Part shown: piece by piece, positions 47,286-56,329 of the stretch | Numbering within the stretch: position 1 is the first letter of the stretch | Layout of the letters: each line of letters starts with the position of its first letter | Assembly: GCA_026014875.1 (NCBI GenBank) | Contig: JAOZHO010000037.1 | Coordinates: forward strand, 359,819 to 423,818 | Direction: 5' to 3' | Source: Candidatus Bathyarchaeota archaeon | GTDB taxonomy: Archaea > Thermoproteota > Bathyarchaeia > TCS64 | DNA length: 64,000 nucleotides | Made by a program: the position numbers and the translations under genes | Notes under the pieces: model-generated | Databases searched by the model: none | Told to the model about the DNA's origin: nothing | What the model saw: only the letters and a program-made list of their open reading frames with translations

Positions 47286-47942
47286 TCAGACGAAAACGAT
47301 CTCCCATAAACCCTTGATCTCATCGATGATATAGTCAGGTTTCGAGTCAGCGAGAACCCCTGCATCATAGAATCCCGTGGCAACAGCCACGGTGAATACG
47401 CCGGCCCCTTTACCCGCTGCAAGGCCCGTCGGCGAGTCCTCCACTAGGACCGCCTCATGGGGCTCCACTCCCAGGGCGTCGAGGGCGAGGAGAATCATCT
47501 CGGGGCTCGGCTTGGGGCTCGAGACGTCGTCGTATCCGACGATGAGGTCGAAGTATCCGTCTATCCCGAGGTGGGCGAGGATCTTCTCCGCCTCCGGCGT
47601 CGACTTGTTGGTAGCCAGGCACTGCTGGAGGCCCTCGTCCTCGAAGTGGGTGAGGGTCGCCTCCACGCCGTCGAGGATGCGGGCATGATCCAGGGAGACA
47701 TCCATGAAGACCTCCCGATACCTCTTGAAGCATCCCTCGATTATGCCCCATCTCTCCGGGGAGAGAACCCTCCGATACATCTCGTCGAGGGGGACCCCGA
47801 CCATGGACCGGATCTCCTCGTCGCTGCGCGGCGCCTCACCGGCGTCCCTGAGGGCGGCGTTGAACGAGAGGCAGATGGCGTCGCTGGTGTCGACGAGGAC
47901 CCCGTCCAGATCGTAGATGATGAGGCGGATACCGGCGAGCAT
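47286..47942 (-). CDS. HAD-superfamily hydrolase (phosphoglycolate phosphatase-like, subfamily IA)
   Basis: Motif I DxDGVL(V)D at the N-terminus; cap and core domains. Confidence 0.85.
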   Translation of the reverse strand: MLAGIRLIIYDLDGVLVDTSDAICLSFNAALRDAGEAPRSDEEIRSMVGVPLDEMYRRVLSPERWGIIEGCFKRYREVFMDVSLDHARILDGVEATLTHFEDEGLQQCLATNKSTPEAEKILAHLGIDGYFDLIVGYDDVSSPKPSPEMILLALDALGVEPHEAVLVEDSPTGLAAGKGAGVFTVAVATGFYDAGVLADSKPDYIIDEIKGLWEIVFV

Positions 47943-48010
47943 ACTCCATCTGAGATTCCCCGGGATTTAACATCTGAGCCCCGTGGATAATATTTTAACC
48001 CGGGGGAGGA

Positions 48011-48415
48011 GTGAGGATGAGAATCAGGATGAACGCCCCCACATTCGACCACGTATTAATCGTCGCCCGCGACCTCGAGCGCTCGATCGAGTTCTACACT
48101 CTCATCGGTTTCGAGCACCTGGAGACCATTGAGAGGCCCAACGACAGGGTCGCCGTGATGCGCCTCGGCGGCGTCAAGATCGAGCTCATGAACCTCCCCG
48201 AGGGTAAGGAGACCCTGAGGAAACCCAGGAGGCTCACGGACCTCGGGTTCAGACACATCGGATTCAAGGTCGACGACCTCACCGCGGTCTACGAGAGGTT
48301 GAAGGACAAGATCGGCTTCGACTCTCCGCCGAGGAAGATAGCGGGCAGGGGGAACCGGATGACGGTCTTCTTCAAGGACCCCGACGGGGTCGAGATGCAC
48401 TTCGTCCAGGAATGA
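48011..48415 (+). CDS. VOC family (glyoxalase/bleomycin-resistance/dioxygenase fold) protein
   Basis: Paired beta-alpha-beta-beta-beta modules (FDHVLIVARDLERS ... GFRHIGFKVDD); probable start at the internal MNAPTF. Confidence 0.75.
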   Translation: MRMRIRMNAPTFDHVLIVARDLERSIEFYTLIGFEHLETIERPNDRVAVMRLGGVKIELMNLPEGKETLRKPRRLTDLGFRHIGFKVDDLTAVYERLKDKIGFDSPPRKIAGRGNRMTVFFKDPDGVEMHFVQE

Positions 48416-48473
48416 TCCCGGGCCTCATCCCTAAAGGTTAAGCGCCCCTCCCGCAATTCTATTTCCGGTTAAG

Positions 48474-50246
48474 ATGCCGGAAGATTATGATATCCTGATC
48501 AAGAATGCCTCGATAGTGGACGGGACGGGAGCCCCTGCCTATAGAGGCGCCCTGGCGGTCAAGGGGGATCGCGTTGCGGCCCTGGGGAAGGTGGAGGGGG
48601 ACCTAAAGGCGGACGCCGAGACCATCATCGACGGGGAGGGGCTCGTGGCCAGCCCCGGGTTCATCGACGTCCACAACCACGGGGACCTGAGCATTCTCTA
48701 CTACCCCGAGGCCGAGGGCTTCCTCCGCCAGGGGATAACCACATTCGTGGGGGGCCAGTGCGGGGACAGCCCCGGCCCCTTCGGGGAGTACATCGGGCTC
48801 CCCTGGGTCCTCAGCGACCTCTACTATGACCTCGCCCCCACGATGTATGACAGGGAGTGGCTAATCCCCCGGGAGCTCCTCAACCCGAGGCACAGGGAGC
48901 TCTTCGGCTGGGAGATCGACTGGAACACCATGGGCGAGTTCTTCAAGAGGGTCGAGGCGAAGGGCTTGAGCCCCAACTTCGCCCCGCTTGTGGGCCAGGG
49001 GGATGTCAGGGGCCTAGTGATGGGCCCCGACTTCGAGCGGGAGGCCACACGGGACGAGATCAGCGAGATGGTGGTCCACGTCGAGAGAGCCATGGAGGAC
49101 GGTTGCATCGGGATCAGCGTCGGCCGGGACTACGATCCCGGGATCTGGGCAAGTTTCGACGAGCTCCTCGCCTGCGCCGAGGCCGCCGCCAAGCACGGGG
49201 GCGTCTATGCGAGCCACTGCCTCCGCACGGGCCACAGGAAGTCCCGGAGGCCCGGTGAGTTCCCCCCGGTAAAGACCGAGGGGCTCTTGGAGGCCATCGA
49301 CATCGGGAGGAAGGCGGGGATGTCTGTCCAGGTCTCCCACCTCGGCGTTCTTTACGACGTCAGGCCCGGCGGGTGCGACTTCATGACCGAGGCGGCCGTG
49401 AAGGCCACCCTCAAGATTATCGATGACGCTCGGGAGGAGGGGATCGATGTCAGTTTCGATGAGATACCCAACCATACCGCCGGGGGGATTGGGACCACCC
49501 CATGGCTTGTGAGCTATCTCACGCCGTGGCTAAGAGTGGCGGGTGGCCTCGGGCAGCTCGTGGAGGCTTTAAGGATGGAGGATTTCCGGGAGGAGATCAA
49601 GGAGGTCATCTGGGCCGGGATGCACTATGGGCTCAACCCCAACATCAACGAGGGCTGGGCGAAGCAGCGCACCATCGTGGAATGCAAGGAAGAGAGCTTC
49701 GTGGACAAGACCCTGGCGGAGATAGCGGAGGAACTCGGCATGGACGAGCTCGATGCCCTATTCATAGTCGTCTCGACGGACCCGGAGGCGAAGGCCGTTA
49801 GGAAGGGGGGCAACGAATGGGTGAAGTTCATGTTCTACCAGCACCCCCAGGCAATGATCGGCATCGACACCTTCGCAGTTGACGACAAGCGGATCAGCAG
49901 GCACCCCCCCTGGGGACTGCCCAACGAGAACAGCTACGGGGGCTTCCCCCGGTACCTCCGGCAGGCCTACAGGGAGTCGGGGACCCTCAGCCTCGAGGAG
50001 GCCATCAGGAAGGTGACGAGCCTCCCCGCGAAAAAGTTCAATCTCCGGGGCAGGGGAGTATTGAAGGAGGGAGCCTACGCCGACATCGTGGTCTTCAACC
50101 CCGAGACTGTCACCGATAAAGGGGACCAGCTGAATCCTCGGCAGTACCCGGAAGGGATTGAGCATGTCATCGTGAACGGCGTCCAAGTCGTGAAGGGCTC
50201 GGCGCACACGGGGGCCAAGCCCGGGAAGATCCTGTATCGGGAGTAG
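48474..50246 (+). CDS. N-acyl-D-amino-acid deacylase (D-aminoacylase) family amidohydrolase
   Basis: IKNASIVDGTG ... PGFIDVHNHGD metal-dependent amidohydrolase signature and D-aminoacylase length. Confidence 0.8.
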   Translation: MPEDYDILIKNASIVDGTGAPAYRGALAVKGDRVAALGKVEGDLKADAETIIDGEGLVASPGFIDVHNHGDLSILYYPEAEGFLRQGITTFVGGQCGDSPGPFGEYIGLPWVLSDLYYDLAPTMYDREWLIPRELLNPRHRELFGWEIDWNTMGEFFKRVEAKGLSPNFAPLVGQGDVRGLVMGPDFEREATRDEISEMVVHVERAMEDGCIGISVGRDYDPGIWASFDELLACAEAAAKHGGVYASHCLRTGHRKSRRPGEFPPVKTEGLLEAIDIGRKAGMSVQVSHLGVLYDVRPGGCDFMTEAAVKATLKIIDDAREEGIDVSFDEIPNHTAGGIGTTPWLVSYLTPWLRVAGGLGQLVEALRMEDFREEIKEVIWAGMHYGLNPNINEGWAKQRTIVECKEESFVDKTLAEIAEELGMDELDALFIVVSTDPEAKAVRKGGNEWVKFMFYQHPQAMIGIDTFAVDDKRISRHPPWGLPNENSYGGFPRYLRQAYRESGTLSLEEAIRKVTSLPAKKFNLRGRGVLKEGAYADIVVFNPETVTDKGDQLNPRQYPEGIEHVIVNGVQVVKGSAHTGAKPGKILYRE

Positions 50247-50304
50247 AATCTACTCCTTTTTTTCAACCTTATCATTTTTTATCGTCACACGGAACCTTTC
50301 CATT

Positions 50305-52839
50305 GTGAGTGAAATGTCCAAATTAACCTCTCCCGAGGAGTTCTTCGGCTTCCAGATGGGGAGCGACCGGAAGATTGCGCGCTGGGAAAAAGTCGTCGAG
50401 TACTTTTACCTGCTCCAAGACCAGAGCGGAAAGATAAGGGTCACCGACATGGGCCCCAGCACCGAGGGGGAACCCTTCCTAGAGGTGGTCATCACATCCC
50501 CCGAGAACCTGGCGAATCTGGAGAATCTGAGGGAGATCAACCTCAAGATCAGCGACCCCCGAGGCCTAACCGAGGAGGAGGTCAAAGATCTCCTGTCCAA
50601 GGCGAAGGCCGTGGTCTGCCAGTCCATGAGCCTCCACGCCTCGGAGATCGGGGGCACCCAGATGGCCCCGGAGCTCGCCTACGACCTCCTCAGCCGGGAG
50701 GACGAGGAGACAGCGAGGATACTCGAGAACGTCATCTTCGTGATGGTGCCCTGCTTCAACCCCGACGGCCTGAACATGACCGCCGACTGGTACAACGGCA
50801 CGCTGAGCACCGAGTACGAGGGCGTCATGATGCCCTGGCTCTACCACAAGTACGCGGGCCACGACAATAACCGGGACGCCTTCCAGACCAACCTCCAGGA
50901 GTCCAAGTACGTCGCCGAGATCCTGTTCACGAAATGGATCCCCCAGGCCTACGTCGACCACCACCACATGGGGAGCTACGGCGCAAGGTTCTACATCCCG
51001 CCCTACTGCGAGCCCTTCCGGCCTACCGCCGACCCCCTGGTCTACAGGGAGCACGCGTGGTACGGGGCTCACCAGGCGTACATGCTTGAGGAGGCGGGCA
51101 AGACGGGGATCATCGGGGGGGCGATGCCCTTCCCGGCCTGGGGCCACTTCGGATGGCACAGGATCACCAACCACCACAACATCTCGGGGATGCTCACCGA
51201 GTCTGCGAGCGCCAAGCTTGCGACGCCACTTTACATTCACCCCGACCAGCTGGTGGGGGGCCATTACAGTTTCCCCGACTATGAGGCTCAGGTCAACTTC
51301 CCCAACCCGTGGGAGGGGGGCTGGTGGACCCTCAGGGAGATCGTGGAGCAGCAGAAGATCTGCTCCTGGGCAACGCTGGACATCGCCGCCCGGTACAAGG
51401 ATATGGTGCTCAGGAACGCTTACCTCAAGGCGAAGAGGCAGATTGAACGGGGAGCGGCCTCCAAGACGAAGGCCTACGTCATGCCCAGTTCACAGCACGA
51501 CCCCGTCACGGCGGGGAGGCTCATAGAGAAGCTCCTCGTCCAGGGCATCGAGATCCATATCGCAAACAAGGACTTCTCAGCGGGCGCCGTCATGTATCCG
51601 TCGGGCTCCTATGTCATCAAGCTCGACCAGCCCAAGTACGGCGTCATAAAGTCGCTTCTAGGCAGGACTTTCTATCCTGATAACGCCTGGACCCGGGATC
51701 AGGACGGGACCCCGAGGAGGCCCAAGGACAAGGGGGCCGACGTGATGAGCGAGTTCATGGGGGTCAGAGTCGACCCTGTGAAGTGTGCTTTCGAGGCCGA
51801 CTTGCCCAAGATAGCGGCACCCGCATGGCCGGTAGGCGGTGTGGAGGGTGAATCGGAGATCGGCTATGCTCTGGATCCCCGCCTCAACGACAGCTTCGTG
51901 GCAGTGAACAAGCTGCTCTCTGATGGAGCGCGGGTCTGGCGTTCAGCGGATCCGTTGGACGGCGGAGACGTGTGCCTCCCCCCGGGGGCTTTCGTCATAA
52001 AGGGTGTCGGGAGAGACAAACTCGAACAGGTCGCCGCGGACACGCATGTTGCGTTCCTTCCTTTATCCGAGGAAACAACTTCTACCACTCAAGTCAGCGC
52101 ACCGCGGATCGGCCTATTCCAGCGCTACTACGGAGGTAACGCCGATGAAGGATGGACGAGACTTGTGCTTGAGCAGTTCGGCTTCCCATACACCAAGGTG
52201 ATGGACGAGGACATCAAGGGAGGCGGGCTCGCAGACAAATACGATGTCATAATCATACCCAACGATTCCGAGGCCATGATCACGGGCGAGGGACTCGAGG
52301 AATACGCGAAGGCCAGGGGACGCCCCCTACCCGACTTCCCCCCGGAATACAGGAGCGGGCTGGGAACGGAGGGCGTCGAATCCCTTCGAGAGTTCGTGAG
52401 ATCGGGGGGTAGGCTCGTGTGCCTGAACGCCTCAAGCGAGTTCGCGATTGACGCCTTCAACCTGAAAATCAGGAACGTCCTGAAGGGCCTCGATCGGAAG
52501 GAGTTCTTCTGCCCGGGATCTACACTCCACGCAGACATCGACACAGGCCACTCATTGGGATACGGCATGCCAGCGGAGGGCCTCGTCTTCCACTGGGACA
52601 GCCTCGCCTTCGAGGTCCTCCCCTCCGGGGAGAACGACCGCTACGATGTCGTCGTGAGCTACGGGGAGAGGGCCCTCTTGGAGAGCGGCTGGCTGATCGG
52701 AGAGAAGCATCTGAGGAGGAGGCCCGCGATGGTAGTCGCCCGGGTGGGCGAGGGAGAAGTGGTGCTCTTCGGCTTCAGGCCCCAGCACAGGGCTCAGACC
52801 CATGGGACCTATAAGCTGTTCTTCAACAGCCTCCTCTGA
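50305..52839 (+). CDS. large M14 family zinc carboxypeptidase with C-terminal class-I-glutamine-amidotransferase-like domain
   Basis: HASEIGG (HxxE) zinc site, NPDG motif and a later His. The C-terminal about 250 aa resemble a GATase1/ThuA-like domain (DVIIIPNDSEAM...SGGRLVCLNASSEFAI). Confidence 0.75.
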   Translation: MSEMSKLTSPEEFFGFQMGSDRKIARWEKVVEYFYLLQDQSGKIRVTDMGPSTEGEPFLEVVITSPENLANLENLREINLKISDPRGLTEEEVKDLLSKAKAVVCQSMSLHASEIGGTQMAPELAYDLLSREDEETARILENVIFVMVPCFNPDGLNMTADWYNGTLSTEYEGVMMPWLYHKYAGHDNNRDAFQTNLQESKYVAEILFTKWIPQAYVDHHHMGSYGARFYIPPYCEPFRPTADPLVYREHAWYGAHQAYMLEEAGKTGIIGGAMPFPAWGHFGWHRITNHHNISGMLTESASAKLATPLYIHPDQLVGGHYSFPDYEAQVNFPNPWEGGWWTLREIVEQQKICSWATLDIAARYKDMVLRNAYLKAKRQIERGAASKTKAYVMPSSQHDPVTAGRLIEKLLVQGIEIHIANKDFSAGAVMYPSGSYVIKLDQPKYGVIKSLLGRTFYPDNAWTRDQDGTPRRPKDKGADVMSEFMGVRVDPVKCAFEADLPKIAAPAWPVGGVEGESEIGYALDPRLNDSFVAVNKLLSDGARVWRSADPLDGGDVCLPPGAFVIKGVGRDKLEQVAADTHVAFLPLSEETTSTTQVSAPRIGLFQRYYGGNADEGWTRLVLEQFGFPYTKVMDEDIKGGGLADKYDVIIIPNDSEAMITGEGLEEYAKARGRPLPDFPPEYRSGLGTEGVESLREFVRSGGRLVCLNASSEFAIDAFNLKIRNVLKGLDRKEFFCPGSTLHADIDTGHSLGYGMPAEGLVFHWDSLAFEVLPSGENDRYDVVVSYGERALLESGWLIGEKHLRRRPAMVVARVGEGEVVLFGFRPQHRAQTHGTYKLFFNSLL

Positions 52840-52925
52840 CCCCCCCCTTTCTGTTGATACGATTCCTTTTTTGGGAATCTGAAATTTTTTATCATCCGGC
52901 AACCTATCTCCATCCGGTGTTCTGA

Positions 52926-53189
52926 ATGGCATGGAAGGAGCCGGTGTTCGTCGCTAAGGTGGAGTCCATCAAAAAGAACTGCAGCGCAGGCCACGAGGTG
53001 GGCGACACATTCCAGATCAACACCCACGAGACAGGCGGCCTCTGCGGATGGTGCTACCACGACCTCTTCCCGACGCTGATGACCCTAGCGATGGACGGGA
53101 AGATACCCTGGCAGGACTCCGACGAGTGGACCTACGAATGCCCCGACCGCTACAACCTGGTCACATTCAACATCAAGAGGAAAAAGTAG
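52926..53189 (+). CDS. TIGR04076-family small protein
   Basis: 87 aa with conserved C..GH.VGD.F and CPD motifs; intact. Confidence 0.6.
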   Translation: MAWKEPVFVAKVESIKKNCSAGHEVGDTFQINTHETGGLCGWCYHDLFPTLMTLAMDGKIPWQDSDEWTYECPDRYNLVTFNIKRKK

Positions 53190-53210
53190 GCCTCACACAC
53201 GGTCGCGTGC
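52965..53210 (+). repeat. direct repeat copy A (3' two-thirds of the TIGR04076 gene plus about 25 bp downstream)
   Basis: About 85% identical to 56078..56324, e.g. ggccacgaggtgggcgacacattccagatcaacacccacgag vs ggccacaaggcgggcgacacatcccaaatcaacacccacgag. Confidence 0.7.
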
Positions 53211-53385
53211 AAGCGGATCAATTAAGGTAGAAGTGCAAAGGACAGGAATTCACTGCTCCCTTCATCCTATCACAAGAGGAGGGAGTACGGATCTCCCATA
53301 AACTCAATGAATTTGTTAATCTGCCGGCGCGTAAAGATTGCACGGAAGATGGCTCTATCTGTGTTGGAGAGCGCACGCGAGAAGA

Positions 53386-53459
53386 GTGCCATATAGACTA
53401 GTTTGTAATACAAACCTATTTATATGGCACACGCACATTAGCGTCCGATGAATATGGCA
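53386..53459. promoter_or_regulatory. nested palindromic operator overlapping a TATA-like box just upstream of the island's first gene
   Basis: GTGCCATATA (53386..53395) ... TATATGGCAC (53421..53430) encloses the inner palindrome GTTTGTA-A-TACAAAC (53401..53415). A third ATATGGCAC copy lies at 53451..53459 across the ATG; TTTATAT sits about 25 nt upstream of the ATG. Confidence 0.45.
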
Positions 53460-54092
53460 CCATCGTTCGACGGGAAGGAACTGGAGCGCGAAGTGTTCTT
53501 AGACTCCACCAAGGATGGCTTAGGGGAGCTCTTACTTGGCGTCAGCATGATCGGCGTCGCAGCGGCCTCAGCCTCCCTCTTCTTTTTACCCCTCTTCATA
53601 ATACCCCTAGTCTTTGGGGGACGCATCGCGGAGGCGGTGAGGAAGCGCCTCACCTACCCTAGGATCGGCTATGTGAAGTTGAGGGGGGAGCAGACAGGCA
53701 AAGCTCTTGGAGGCGTGCTCCTCTACGAGTTCCTCGTTCTCCTGGTTTTTGCAATTGCCCTGTACATACTTTTCGGGGATATCATGGAATTCAGCCTCTG
53801 GGCCAGATGGTCGCCTCTGATAACCGCGCTGCTAATTCTCGGCCTCTTCCTCAATTTACATGATAAATCTGGTAACAAACGTTACCTGGCCCTCGCAGTC
53901 CTGTCTGTGTTTGTAGGACTCGTTTTATCATTTGTCAGCTTCGATATCTCTTTCCCGTATCTATTCGGCTATTTCGACTCCGGGGTGGTTTTCTACTTCT
54001 TCCTGATGGGGAGCGTCATGCTATCCAGTGGCTTAATTCAGTTCGTCTATTTCCTCAACCGGAATCCAGTCTCCCCGGAGGATCGAGACTAG
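53448..54092 (+). CDS. polytopic membrane protein of unknown function
   Basis: 5-6 predicted TM segments, no motif; lower GC (about 53%). Confidence 0.6.
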   Translation: MNMAPSFDGKELEREVFLDSTKDGLGELLLGVSMIGVAAASASLFFLPLFIIPLVFGGRIAEAVRKRLTYPRIGYVKLRGEQTGKALGGVLLYEFLVLLVFAIALYILFGDIMEFSLWARWSPLITALLILGLFLNLHDKSGNKRYLALAVLSVFVGLVLSFVSFDISFPYLFGYFDSGVVFYFFLMGSVMLSSGLIQFVYFLNRNPVSPEDRD

Positions 54093-54415
54093 TGTCAGAG
54101 CCAGAGACCAACGACATCAGCAGTCCCATAATGGGGATTGACAGGCTTATCCATGAACCGGCGAGGTTCAGCATCATGGCTAATCTCTATGTCGTAGAGG
54201 AGGCTGACTTCCTATTCCTGTCTCGTCGCATAGGTCTAACGCGGGGCAACCTGTCGGCTCACATGAGGAAACTGGAAGAGGGAGGCTATATCGAGGTGCG
54301 GAAAGGGTTCATGGGTCGTAGGCCCCACACTGTGCTTGCCATCACCGAAAAAGGCCAAGAAGCTTTCAAGAATTATGTATCCGATATAAAAAACGCCCTT
54401 CAAGGGTTTGAATAA
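54092..54415 (+). CDS. winged-helix transcriptional regulator
   Basis: GLTRGNLSAHMRKLEEGGYIEVRKGF is a classic wHTH recognition helix/wing. GTG start overlapping the upstream stop by 1 nt. Confidence 0.65.
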   Translation: MSEPETNDISSPIMGIDRLIHEPARFSIMANLYVVEEADFLFLSRRIGLTRGNLSAHMRKLEEGGYIEVRKGFMGRRPHTVLAITEKGQEAFKNYVSDIKNALQGFE

Positions 54416-54432
54416 GCGGATGTGATGAAAGG

Positions 54433-55896
54433 ATGATTAAAACGATTTTTGAAAGAAAAGGTCTCGCGGAATATTCATTGCTCGCAGTGTTTCTGGTAAT
54501 TAGCTTACTCTCTTCTTTCCCATCTGCTTCGGCTCTGAATCAAGAGACAATCTCACGCAGAGACCTAGTGATAGACCTTGGAGACGGATTGACTACGGAT
54601 GCTCAGTTGACTTTCCCCGCTGTTGGGGATGGTCCTTTCCCAGGTGTTCTCCTCATACACGGCTCCGGCAATACGGATATGGATGAATATCTTCCTTCCC
54701 TGGTTACCGGTACAGGGGAGCCCTCAAGGCCCTTTCTCCAGATAGCGGATTATCTATCGGAGAGAGGTTTCGCGGTATTACGATATAATAAAAGAGGCGT
54801 CGGTCTGAAAGGCGTTATTTTAGATGTAAACATTGTTGTGAATACTACATTCGAATATCTCCTGCAAGATGCTGAGAAGGCTCTTGAAACCCTCATGCAG
54901 CAACCGGAAGTAGACGCAACTGACGTTTCAATACTTGGCCACAGTGAGGGAACATGGATTGCTCCTAGAATCGCAATCAAAGACACCAGGATTAAGAAGA
55001 TTGTCCTCATGAGTGCAGGGGCTCATAACCTCTACGATATTCTTCATTTCCAGATTGTGGAGCAACGCATTAGTGAATTCGAAGAAATTGACGGAAATAA
55101 CGATGGATTGTGGTCCATACAAGAAGTATCTGTTTTACCCCTGATACAGAGAGACGCTTTTATTGAGAACAGCACCGGAGACTGGATGTGGAGACCTGGA
55201 GTCGATCCGAATGGAGACGGTTACATCAGCCTCGTTGAGGAAATGTTACCTCTTTGGAACCAGATTTTTGAATATCTCACTACAGCAGAGTATCCAGGCT
55301 CAAAATGGTACCAATCACACTTTGCTCTTGAAAATAACCTGGAAATCATAGGCAATGTTTCTGAGGGTATACTGATTCTCCAAGGAGAAGAAGATACTCA
55401 GACACCCGTTTTTGAAGCCCATTTTCTAGACCAGAGGCTGATGGAGGTCGGGCATCATGATCATACTTTGATCACCTATCCTGGCCTTGGGCACTCCTTC
55501 TACCCCAAGGAAGGCCTGTTGCAATGGTTGGGCCCAATACAGGATCATGTTCTATCCGATCTCGCCACCTGGCTGAAAGACCCTGAGAGGGACCGATTCC
55601 TCTTAGTTGAACAGCTTCAAACCGCATCAAACACGATAAATGAACTGCAAGGCCAACTGACTGACTTAAATTCCGAGTTCAATCAGCAAACCAGCGAGCT
55701 AGAGAACCAAGTCTCCGAACTGCAGTCAGAATCAACGGATATGCATAATACCGTCACCGAGCTAGAACGCCAAACTATGGCATTACAGTCAGCCCTGGAT
55801 TCAGCTGAGAACATGACCAACATCGCCCTTGGAGTTGCATTGATAGCCATCATATCTGGAGCCGTAATCATATTTCAGAACCGGAACAGAAATTGA
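54433..55896 (+). CDS. secreted/surface-anchored alpha/beta-hydrolase-fold serine hydrolase with coiled-coil stalk and C-terminal TM anchor
   Basis: N-terminal signal/TM, HGSGNTDMDE, nucleophile elbow LGHSEGTW (GxSxG). C-terminal heptad-rich stretch (NELQGQLTDLNSEFNQQTSELENQVSELQSE...) then hydrophobic anchor IALGVALIAIISGAVIIF. About 45% GC. Confidence 0.65.
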   Translation: MIKTIFERKGLAEYSLLAVFLVISLLSSFPSASALNQETISRRDLVIDLGDGLTTDAQLTFPAVGDGPFPGVLLIHGSGNTDMDEYLPSLVTGTGEPSRPFLQIADYLSERGFAVLRYNKRGVGLKGVILDVNIVVNTTFEYLLQDAEKALETLMQQPEVDATDVSILGHSEGTWIAPRIAIKDTRIKKIVLMSAGAHNLYDILHFQIVEQRISEFEEIDGNNDGLWSIQEVSVLPLIQRDAFIENSTGDWMWRPGVDPNGDGYISLVEEMLPLWNQIFEYLTTAEYPGSKWYQSHFALENNLEIIGNVSEGILILQGEEDTQTPVFEAHFLDQRLMEVGHHDHTLITYPGLGHSFYPKEGLLQWLGPIQDHVLSDLATWLKDPERDRFLLVEQLQTASNTINELQGQLTDLNSEFNQQTSELENQVSELQSESTDMHNTVTELERQTMALQSALDSAENMTNIALGVALIAIISGAVIIFQNRNRN

Positions 55897-55902
55897 AGGC
55901 AT

Positions 55903-56085
55903 ATGAAAATCATGGTCAAAACGGATGACCTGTCCAAATATTACGGCAAAGGAGGCGAGACCAAGGCCGTGGATGGTAATCGTCCCCGTGCCGGGTGGGC
56001 TTCTACTGGGCCAATCAATGCTGGCGGTGAGTGCAGGATTGCTATCCTCTACCTCGGGGCGAGAAAGCTCAGAAACATCGAATAA
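55903..56085 (+). pseudogene. N-terminal fragment of an ABC-transporter ATPase gene
   Basis: MKIMVKTDDLSKYYGKGGETKAVDG matches ABC NBD N-termini (..V.NLSK.YG......ALD.); the Walker A region is scrambled across frames. Confidence 0.5.
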
Positions 56086-56324
56086 AAAACGAGGGCGCAC
56101 TCAGGCCACAAGGCGGGCGACACATCCCAAATCAACACCCACGAGACCGGAGGCCTCTGTGGATGGTGCTACCACGACCTCTTCCCCACCCTCATGACCC
56201 TGACGATGGACGGCAAGATCCCCCGGCAGGACCCCGCAGAATGAACCTTCGAGCGCCCCGACCACATCAACCGAGCAACCTTCGCCATCAAGAGGAAAAA
56301 GCAGGCCTCACACACAGTCACGCG
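56078..56324 (+). repeat. direct repeat copy B (decayed duplicate of the TIGR04076 3' segment)
   Basis: Matches 52965..53210; repeats A and B bracket the low-GC island. Confidence 0.7.
56088..56300 (+). pseudogene. TIGR04076-family gene fragment with in-frame stop
   Basis: Reads GHKAGDTSQINTHETGGLCGWCYHDLFPTLMTLTMDGKIPRQDPAE* where the intact copy has ...QDSDEW (tgg to tga). Lacks the first 16 codons or so. Confidence 0.65.
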
Positions 56325-56329
56325 AACAA

